In this document: one piece after another, positions 57,243-64,000 of the stretch | Layout of the letters: each line of letters opens with the position of its first letter | Position numbering within the stretch: the first letter of the stretch is position 1 | NCBI GenBank assembly: GCA_963718875.1 | Contig: OY970378.1 | Location: 541,373-605,372 of the forward strand | Source: Candidatus Parcubacteria bacterium | GTDB taxonomy: Bacteria; Patescibacteriota; Saccharimonadia; UBA4664; JBIOIQ01 | DNA: 64,000 nucleotides | Direction: 5' to 3' | Program-made: the position numbers and the translations under genes | The notes under the pieces: generated by a model | The model's database searches: none | What the model saw: the letters and a program-made list of their open reading frames with translations, nothing else | What the model was told of the DNA's origin: nothing

Positions 57243-57773
57243 ATGGAACACAGGTTTGGTCGCGACATTGACGCGGAGTACCAGGCGTGGATCGCGGGTG
57301 AGTTGCAGGCAGAGTTCTTCGACAGGTACGGTGTCGAAGCCACCTTCGCCGGTGTCATCCTCGACAACAGGACTAGGTGGTCCTGGGATTGGACGAATCC
57401 TCTCGCCCACGTTCTGCACCAGGTCTCGATTGGATCCCCTGAGAGGGTTCGGGAACTTGTGAGGAACATCGGCGGCAAGCTGCACTTCGTCCTCCGCGAG
57501 AACGAGGACTCGGTGGTAGCTGAGAGCCGGCACGACCTGCTCGAGCCAGGTGACTTCCCCTTCCAGGGGGCCGGCACCTATCGAGGGTACACCGGTGGCG
57601 TCTCGGGGCTTCTGTCCGAGTCGGACTGGTGGCTGTTCTGTCGTCTCGTCGACAAGCTCATTGAGCTGCGGGCTGAGGCGGCCAAGCCGGCTGTAATGGC
57701 CTGCAAGAACCGTCCGAAGGGCAACGACACGAAGAAGTTCCTCCCCAACGACGACTACGTCAGCGCGGACTAG
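57243..57773 (+). CDS. Hypothetical protein, GC-rich (~60%) foreign gene
   Basis: AGGAG SD 6 nt before ATG 57243; followed by two GC-rich hairpins. Confidence 0.45.
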   Translation: MEHRFGRDIDAEYQAWIAGELQAEFFDRYGVEATFAGVILDNRTRWSWDWTNPLAHVLHQVSIGSPERVRELVRNIGGKLHFVLRENEDSVVAESRHDLLEPGDFPFQGAGTYRGYTGGVSGLLSESDWWLFCRLVDKLIELRAEAAKPAVMACKNRPKGNDTKKFLPNDDYVSAD

Positions 57774-57805
57774 CTCACTCGCCCACCGCGGGCAAAGCGC
57801 GTGCG

Positions 57806-57884
57806 GCGCATCCGCACACTGCCCCCAGCTTTCGAGCTGGGGGCACTTCTATTTATAATCATAAAGACGGCTGTAGCCGTCTTT
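57806..57884 (+). terminator. Two tandem GC-rich terminator hairpins (GCCCCCAGCT-ttcg-AGCTGGGGGC; AAAGACGGCT-gta-GCCGTCTTT)
   Basis: Perfect 10-bp stems, second followed by AATTTGG; style atypical of the low-GC host. Confidence 0.45.
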
Positions 57885-58029
57885 AATTTGGATAATTGCG
57901 GGCTGAACCGGAAAGCACTGGTTGGTGTCTTCTGGTTCGGGCCTGGCTAGGGCTTGAGCCGACAGGCTCAGTTATCGGGCGCTAGCCAGGGATCTTGCAT
58001 CTGGTTGTTGGATTTGGCCGACACGCTGT

Positions 58030-58380
58030 CTACAGCAGGGCGACGATCATCTGGTACAGCTCTTCGGGGTCGTCATGCTTTGACTGAGTTCCGGTGGCGA
58101 GACGCTTGAGCGATACGGCTGCTTTGGCATACCTCGCGTACCACTCGGTGATCGTGCCTTGCTTCTTAGTCGCCCGGAGCCAGACTCGGCCGACTACCTC
58201 CCTGAGCGCCAGCTCGCCGTTGCCAGTAGCACAAGCCATGAGAGCGTCGGCGAATAATGACAGACGGTGTAGGTTGGCGGCGGAAAGAGGCTCTTCGTCT
58301 CTCAAAGTTTCGAGGGCGGTTTCCGCCCTGCGGATCATGCTGTGCAGGGGGGGTTCGTGGCGTGTTGCCGTAGCGGTCAT
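58030..58380 (-). CDS. Hypothetical protein, GC-rich foreign gene
   Basis: AGGAGG SD 6 nt before ATG (complement of 58378..58380); 116 aa. Confidence 0.45.
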   Translation of the reverse strand: MTATATRHEPPLHSMIRRAETALETLRDEEPLSAANLHRLSLFADALMACATGNGELALREVVGRVWLRATKKQGTITEWYARYAKAAVSLKRLATGTQSKHDDPEELYQMIVALL

Positions 58381-58810
58381 GACGTTCCTCCTGAGAGGTT
58401 TAGACGGGTGGGACTTGAACTCTACTTCTCAAAGATGCAAGCATATATTAGACCTGTAAAGCAGGCGTTGCAAGGGTTTTGTTTGAACTTCTAAATAATG
58501 GCTCATGTAAGCCTGTTTTTGTTGGAGAAAATGGTAAGGAAACAGTCAACTTTTAACAATTGACAATTGACACATATTTTTTTGTTTGTAGGAATGAGAG
58601 CTGAGTCATATGTCATGTTGAGCTTAGTCGAAACGTCTAACCAGATAGATCTCTCCCGTCGACTGACGGATCGAGATGACAGATGATGGTCAGAGGCTTA
58701 GAAGGTTTGACAACCGAGGCTAGAAGTTATAATGTTGTGCTCAAGCCGTGAGGCCGAAGCTGTTCTTACAACCTGTGGCTACAAGGCCACCAACTTGCGA
58801 GGAGGCCCTT

Positions 58811-59212
58811 ATGGGCGCAACTGCTGGTGTAGTCGTAGTCTCAAAAGGCAGCGTTTTCATGACGACGCCCAACGGCCAGATTTTCTTCGCCGGTAACCCC
58901 CTTGGCGAAATGGACGGCGATGTGTTGGTGCTGCTGCCAAGCTCTGATCGCGTCTTGAGTGTTGGCGGCAATCACGTGGTCTCCCTCGACGGTGTGCCAA
59001 TCGGTCGGCTGCCAGCCAGCGCCATGGTTGCCCGTTCAGGTGACGTAACTGCTCGAGGGCGAGTCCAGTGGGCGGGTGGTGCTCTCGGAGACTCCTGGTT
59101 TGGTCCGGACAGTACGGTTGCTATCGACGGCGGCTTGGGTGAGTTGCCGCAGGAAATTCGTCGCGTCAGGCCTTTCGGCGATGATGATGACGATGATCCG
59201 GTGATGCTGTAG
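58811..59212 (+). CDS. Hypothetical protein, GC-rich, acidic DDDDDD C-terminus
   Basis: GAGGAGG SD before ATG 58811 (track ORF starts earlier at 58748). Confidence 0.45.
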   Translation: MGATAGVVVVSKGSVFMTTPNGQIFFAGNPLGEMDGDVLVLLPSSDRVLSVGGNHVVSLDGVPIGRLPASAMVARSGDVTARGRVQWAGGALGDSWFGPDSTVAIDGGLGELPQEIRRVRPFGDDDDDDPVML

Positions 59213-59268
59213 AAATGTCTGGCTACGAGGCTTTCGTGGCACTTCTTCGAGCCCCAAGGAGGGCTACA

Positions 59269-59487
59269 ATGTATGGAGCTGATAACTCACCCGGACAAGG
59301 CGTTTTCATCATTGGTCCGCGCGATGAATTGCGAGTGGAAGGCTCGGCCGGAGTGTTTCTGAACGGCAAACGAGTAGGTCTTGTGCAGACGGGTGGAATC
59401 GTGCAGTTCTACTCTGCCTGCTTCAGTGCGAATGTGTCACTTAGCGCTGAATCAGCCGCCTCTAGTGGTGAAGTCTTTCCGGTGTAG
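59269..59487 (+). CDS. Small hypothetical protein, GC-rich; possible distant paralog of 58811..59212
   Basis: AGGAGGG SD before ATG 59269; shared G.VF...G......G...V.L.G..VG pattern with the preceding protein. Confidence 0.4.
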   Translation: MYGADNSPGQGVFIIGPRDELRVEGSAGVFLNGKRVGLVQTGGIVQFYSACFSANVSLSAESAASSGEVFPV

Positions 59488-59681
59488 TCCAAGCCCACCT
59501 GGTCCCGCTGCCTGCTCATCCACGAGCGAGCGGCGGGACCCTCGTCTTTTCATGAACAATGAATTATGATCGAGATAGTGTTTGACCCAGATCAGCCTGG
59601 ACAACCTAAATCATAAGTGTTATAATCAAATCAAATAGTACAGCCCATTCGGGGCTATTTTAGTATTGATAAGGAACTAGT

Positions 59682-61508
59682 ATGCGCGACGCTTCATTAA
59701 TACGTAACATTGCCATTATTGCCCATGTTGACCATGGTAAAACTACCTTGGTTGATGGCTTGTTAAAGCAATCTCAAACATTCCGTGAGAATCAGGCCGA
59801 GATGAGCCAGTCGCTGATTATGGATAGTGGTGAACTAGAGCACGAGCGCGGTATTACGATTACGGCTAAAACTACGGCTGTTGAATACGGTGACTACAAG
59901 ATCAATATTATTGATACTCCTGGTCATGCTGACTTTAGTGGCGAGGTTGAGCGTACGCTTAATATGGCTGATGGAGTGATATTAATCGTTGACGCCCAAG
60001 AAGGTCCTATGCCCCAAACCAAGTTTGTGCTAAGCAAAGCCTTAGCACTAGGTCTTAAACCAATTGTGATTATAAATAAAATTGATAAACGGGACAGTCG
60101 TGTTAACGAGGTTGAGATGGAGATCGGCAGTTTGTTCCTAGATTTAGCGGTTAGCGATGATCAGCTGGATTTTCCGGTGTATTACGCTATTGGGCGTGCT
60201 GGCAAGTCATTCGTGGATCTACCGACCGATATTGATACAGTTGAAGCTGATTTGATCCCAATATTTGAGGCTATTATTAAACACATTCCTGCTCCAGCTA
60301 CGGCAGCTGATCAGCCTTTTCAAATGTTGGTAACGGCACTAGCCTGGGATTCGTACCAGGGTAAGTACGCTATTGGACGGATTCAACGCGGCAAGATTGA
60401 TGCTGGTGACCAATTAGCCTTGATGGGTAAAGACGGCAGTATTTCAAAAATAAAAGTTGAGAAAATCTTTGTGTCGGCAGGGTTAGCAAGGTTAGAGGTA
60501 GAAGAAGCTTCGGCTGGGGAAATTGTGCAGTTGACTGGTATAAGTAACGCCCAAATTGGCGAAACCATAGCCTCTTGGGAAAGCCCTGAGGCTCTGCCGG
60601 TAATGGAAATTGAAGCCCCAACTTTACAAGTAATGATGGGGCCAAACACCTCGCCTTTTGCCGGCACCGAAGGCAAGTTTACGACCTCGCGCCAAATAAG
60701 TGCTCGGCTTAAAAAAGAGCTTGAAACCAATGTCAGCTTGAGAGTGGAAGAAAAAGATACGCAATTCTTGGTGGCAGGTCGGGGCGAGCTGCACCTGTCG
60801 GTTTTAATTGAAACTCTGCGTCGGGAGGGCTTTGAGCTAGAGGTCGGCCGCCCAACTGTGGTTACTAAAGAGGTTGATGGCAAGGTGATGGAGCCGGTTG
60901 AGGAGCTAATAGTTGAGGTTCCAGAAGAGTATACAGGAGCTGTTACTAGCGAGCTTGGCCGCCGTAAGGCCAATATGAAAGAGATGGAGCCAACTAATAA
61001 GGGAGTGACGCGGATTGTTTATCACTTGCCTACCCGAGCGCTCCTAGGTTTGCGTAATATCCTCTTGACCGCTACTAAGGGCACCATGACCATGAATAGT
61101 TTATTAATTGGCTATGAGCCGTTGGGACAACCCTTACAAAAATTGCGTAATGGTGTATTGCTGTCGGCTGAAACTGGCAACACAATTACTTATAGCCTTA
61201 AGGTGGTGGAAGAACGTGGCGTAGCGTTTGTGGGTCCTGGTACAAAAGTATATGAGGGTATGATTATTGGCCTCAATCGTCGTGGTGATGATATGGAGAT
61301 AAACGCCTGTAAGGAAAAGAAGCTTACTAATGTGCGGGCATCCTCTACCGACGCGCCAACGTCTTTGGTCCCGTATACGCAACTGTCGCTGGAAGAGGCG
61401 CTTGATTTTATCGAGCCTGATGAACTGCTAGAGGTTACACCTCTAGCTTTGCGCATGCGCAAGCGGTTTTTGACTATGAACGATCGCAAACGGAATAAAG
61501 TTGCTTAG
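59682..61508 (+). CDS. typA: Translational GTPase TypA/BipA
   Basis: [29 protein letters not shown]; 608 aa. Confidence 0.9.
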   Translation: MRDASLIRNIAIIAHVDHGKTTLVDGLLKQSQTFRENQAEMSQSLIMDSGELEHERGITITAKTTAVEYGDYKINIIDTPGHADFSGEVERTLNMADGVILIVDAQEGPMPQTKFVLSKALALGLKPIVIINKIDKRDSRVNEVEMEIGSLFLDLAVSDDQLDFPVYYAIGRAGKSFVDLPTDIDTVEADLIPIFEAIIKHIPAPATAADQPFQMLVTALAWDSYQGKYAIGRIQRGKIDAGDQLALMGKDGSISKIKVEKIFVSAGLARLEVEEASAGEIVQLTGISNAQIGETIASWESPEALPVMEIEAPTLQVMMGPNTSPFAGTEGKFTTSRQISARLKKELETNVSLRVEEKDTQFLVAGRGELHLSVLIETLRREGFELEVGRPTVVTKEVDGKVMEPVEELIVEVPEEYTGAVTSELGRRKANMKEMEPTNKGVTRIVYHLPTRALLGLRNILLTATKGTMTMNSLLIGYEPLGQPLQKLRNGVLLSAETGNTITYSLKVVEERGVAFVGPGTKVYEGMIIGLNRRGDDMEINACKEKKLTNVRASSTDAPTSLVPYTQLSLEEALDFIEPDELLEVTPLALRMRKRFLTMNDRKRNKVA

Positions 61509-61727
61509 TCGCCACCCGCTTACCGTGAGCCGTTATCCGTTCTAAGGAGTTGATGTCAACCGACTCACGTTTTTGTTCGGCGAAAGTTAAGATTGATAAT
61601 CAATCTGGCTATTTCTCCTTTGTCGAACAATAAGTTTTTTTGTTGTGCCGAAAAAAAGCTAGTATTAAATCGCCAGATACATCTTTGAGTATGGCTACTC
61701 CTTATAAACCCCTTAATCCATATGTTT

Positions 61728-61758
61728 TTATTGTCACCCTGAAACGAGTTTAGGGTGA
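61728..61758 (+). other. Perfect 10-bp stem hairpin TTGTCACCCT-gaaacgagttt-AGGGTGACAA downstream of typA
   Basis: Seen in sequence; followed by GGGAGG. Confidence 0.3.
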
Positions 61759-61957
61759 CAACTGGGAGGTTTTAGTGAGTTTGATGAGCGAAAATGGTAC
61801 TTCTGGTCAAGAGGTGCTGAAAAGTAGGAGCGGTCGATAGTGAGAGGAATCAAATTTAGCTATTTCGATTTTCCTCTTTGAGACAACAAAAGTTTTTTTG
61901 AATTGCAAAACTTGATTGTTGCTCATTTTTATTGTATTATCAAGAGGAAAGTTCATA

Positions 61958-62836
61958 GGTTCTGTCCACTAAAACGGAACAGACATACTTTTAAGTAATA
62001 TAAATGGGCTACTGAACAACTCTGGGTGGTTCTTTCTAGCCTGGAACTCTCTGAGTAATCCCGGTAAGAACTGATGCATGAAGCGGTCGCGGGTACGTCT
62101 GGTAAACCGATCCAGGCAGCTCCAGATCCCTTCAATGCGGTTGGTTGGTCCAAAGTGGCCAATGGAATGGTTGCAGATCTCCAGACCATAGCCAACTTCC
62201 ATTAGGCCAAGGTGAGAGGCGTGAGCATCAGCAAAGATCAGGCTACCGAGAGTGGCATACTGATCGAGAAAACCTTCTATGCTATCCTGCTCACAATCTA
62301 GTATCTCAGCTAGTCTTACGAGGTTGGTTTCCCGGTCCACGATACCCATAACAATGTGTTGGTTACCATATTTCTGCCGACCTAGATAGCTCTGGTCTAT
62401 CTCCAGTAGCCCGACTAACTGGCTCTTGTCGACTGGTAGTCTAGATCGCAAGCGTTCTAACCAGCGTTGGATCGTCCAGTAGGACAGCCCCGTTGAGGTG
62501 ATAATGTCGCCAGGTGACTGCTTACCGCTCCAGCAAGTCACCAGTTCCAGAATCCTCCTCCAGCCGAGCTTAGACGACCCAAAGCCGACTTGTTTCTTTA
62601 AGCTCCATTTACGACGACAGGTGCCACACAAAGATACTGAGTAGTTATGTGGATGTTTGAGTGGGACATCCAAGGGCAAATAGGGCCCTCGGGATAAAGA
62701 TGTACTAGCACTTGGTTAAAACATTCTTGGTCTGTTACCGGTAGATCTGCTAATGTGGTCATTGGAACAAGTCTCCTTTTCTAACTGGTTAGTCCTAGTT
62801 AGATTGTAGCTTGTTCCGCTTTAGTGTAATGAACCA
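61958..62836 (-). mobile_element. IS1595-family insertion sequence, copy 2, flanked by 8-9-bp target-site duplication (A)AGTTCATA (61950..61957 / 62837..62844)
   Basis: Essentially identical to copy 1 except for a 1-bp deletion (CCACACCAAAG -> CCACACAAAG near 62627). Confidence 0.75.
61969..62679 (-). pseudogene. IS1595-family transposase, N-terminally frameshifted copy
   Basis: 1-bp deletion relative to copy 1 shifts the frame upstream of the CGTCRRKW zinc ribbon; remaining 236-aa ORF identical to copy 1. Confidence 0.65.
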
Positions 62837-62912
62837 AGTTCATATCCCCGGTGGTTCTTGGAGCAATTATGTGTGTCTGCTCATTCAGCCAATCTACGGA
62901 GAGGAGTGCGTA

Positions 62913-63338
62913 ATGGCATGGCTTGGCAGAAAGGTACATTCTCGTACACCTGTGAACCAGGATCTTGCAGGGATGGTGCTGCATCCGCTGCAGCACAGGT
63001 TCTTGAGGAGTCCGGAAGGCGTTCGCGAAGAACTGCAGGCAATACCTACTCAACCTCTGGTTCTTCTGACCTGGAGGATTATCGAGCACGGTCCTCTCGC
63101 CGCACTCTTTGGCTTCAAGTATTACGAGTGGGTACCACATCGTGATGTTTGGACCAACGGGCCTGAGGTCTATGGGTTGTCAGATGATGAATGGCGAACC
63201 AGGGTCATCATCGTGGAGAAGCCCTGGTGTCCCCGTAGGAGCCAAAGACAGGCTCGGGATGCGTTTCTGGCATTGTTGGTGGCTATGACGGGACGGACAC
63301 CCGAAACGGGGCCCCGTGGTCATCTCATCTTTCGGTAA
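62913..63338 (+). CDS. Hypothetical protein, GC-rich (~58%), immediately right of IS copy 2
   Basis: GGAGAGGAG SD before ATG 62913 (track ORF starts 62811, inside the IS end). Confidence 0.4.
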   Translation: MAWLGRKVHSRTPVNQDLAGMVLHPLQHRFLRSPEGVREELQAIPTQPLVLLTWRIIEHGPLAALFGFKYYEWVPHRDVWTNGPEVYGLSDDEWRTRVIIVEKPWCPRRSQRQARDAFLALLVAMTGRTPETGPRGHLIFR

Positions 63339-63498
63339 CCGTTCCAGCCGAGCCGCACGGTGGCAGCAATCGAGCTGCCCTTGGGTGGCTCTTTTGCTTT
63401 AAAAGTCACGAGATTTTGTCGTAAATGACATCAAGCTTGCGGGTTGCGCAAGCTGGTATTTTTCAGGTACAATGTCAGTTAACAAACGGAGTAAATAA

Positions 63499-63771
63499 GT
63501 GGCAGTTAAGCCAAACGACGACACAAAAGTGGTTGTGCCAGGGAGAGGTGTGGGCGTGGAGCTCAATCTTTTGGCGTTAGCCGGTGAAATCGGTTGGAAA
63601 TTGGCTTTGCCACTGCTGTTTTTCTTAATCATAGGAATTAAGTTAGATCGCGCGTACCATACTACCCCACTATTTATTTTGCTAGGCATAGCTTTGTCGC
63701 TGACGGCTTCAATTATTTTGATAGCTCGCATGATCGCGCGGGTTAACCATACGAGCCGAGGTTCAAAATAA
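63499..63771 (+). CDS. Small 2-TM membrane protein preceding atpB (AtpZ/AtpI-like)
   Basis: 90 aa, GTG start, stop overlaps atpB ATG (TAATG). Confidence 0.4.
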   Translation: MAVKPNDDTKVVVPGRGVGVELNLLALAGEIGWKLALPLLFFLIIGIKLDRAYHTTPLFILLGIALSLTASIILIARMIARVNHTSRGSK

Positions 63772-64000
63772 TGCATATTTCTTTGCAGGCCGAAAAGCTA
63801 TTTACTGTTTTTGGTTTTCCGATTAATAATTCATTATTAGCAGGAATTATTACAAGCATTCTATTGATATTAATTTTTGGTCTGGTAGCACGGCGAGTGA
63901 CACTAAAGCCGGGTAAGCGTTTTAGCCAAGCTATCGAAGCTATGGTTGAGGCGCTGCTAGATTTTATCGAGAATGTCACCCATGACCGGGCTAAAGCGGT
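63771..64000 (+). CDS. atpB: ATP synthase F0 subunit a, N-terminal part (continues past the window end)
   Basis: MHISLQAEKLFTVFGFPINNSLLAGIITSILLI...AMVEALLDFIENV typical AtpB N-terminus. Confidence 0.6.
   Translation, partial: MHISLQAEKLFTVFGFPINNSLLAGIITSILLILIFGLVARRVTLKPGKRFSQAIEAMVEALLDFIENVTHDRAKA

Noticed and set aside
1-64000. CRISPR array, rRNA genes or prophage structural genes
   Set aside because: No regularly spaced direct repeats, no rRNA-like conserved stretches and no capsid/terminase/portal-like ORFs were seen anywhere in the window.

Overview
The window has low GC (about 42-46% in housekeeping genes), is tightly packed and uses Shine-Dalgarno sites. The gene content suggests a reduced-genome bacterium, possibly from the Candidate Phyla Radiation (Saccharibacteria-like); this is an inference from content, not from a search. 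The core content is: xseA/xseB, recO, glyQS, a compact dcw cluster (mraZ-rsmH-ftsL-ftsI-mraY-ftsW-murG-ftsQ) that lacks mur ligases and ftsAZ, class A PBP, topA, DEAD-box helicase, ABC exporter, dprA, der, dacA-like carboxypeptidase, rluB, scpAB, typA, the start of an atp operon, tRNA-Glu(CUC), and two paralogous sensor kinase + stand-alone receiver pairs. Accessory and mobile content is heavy. There are two near-identical IS1595-family copies in direct orientation, each with an 8-9 bp target-site duplication; one copy is frameshifted, and a third degenerate remnant lies elsewhere. There is an IS481-family element and a 304-bp MITE-like element with perfect 27-bp terminal inverted repeats. At least five GC-rich (55-62%) foreign segments are present. 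One is bounded by about 25-bp direct repeats and carries an AbiEi-like fragment; one is a four-gene module with GC-rich terminators. A roughly 90-bp direct repeat containing a tRNA-Glu 3'-end-like sequence brackets a 2.7-kb module (CRP regulator, DUF305, membrane protein). Other notable items are a peptidyl-tRNA hydrolase-NUDIX fusion protein, a large type IV secretion-type P-loop ATPase next to a sigma-region-4/HARE-HTH protein with a consensus promoter, tandem paralogous small Cys-motif proteins downstream of twin palindromic operators, and a candidate ~250-nt sRNA with promoter, operator palindrome and terminator. No CRISPR array or rRNA was seen. Product calls are from motif-level recognition by eye, not from database searches.
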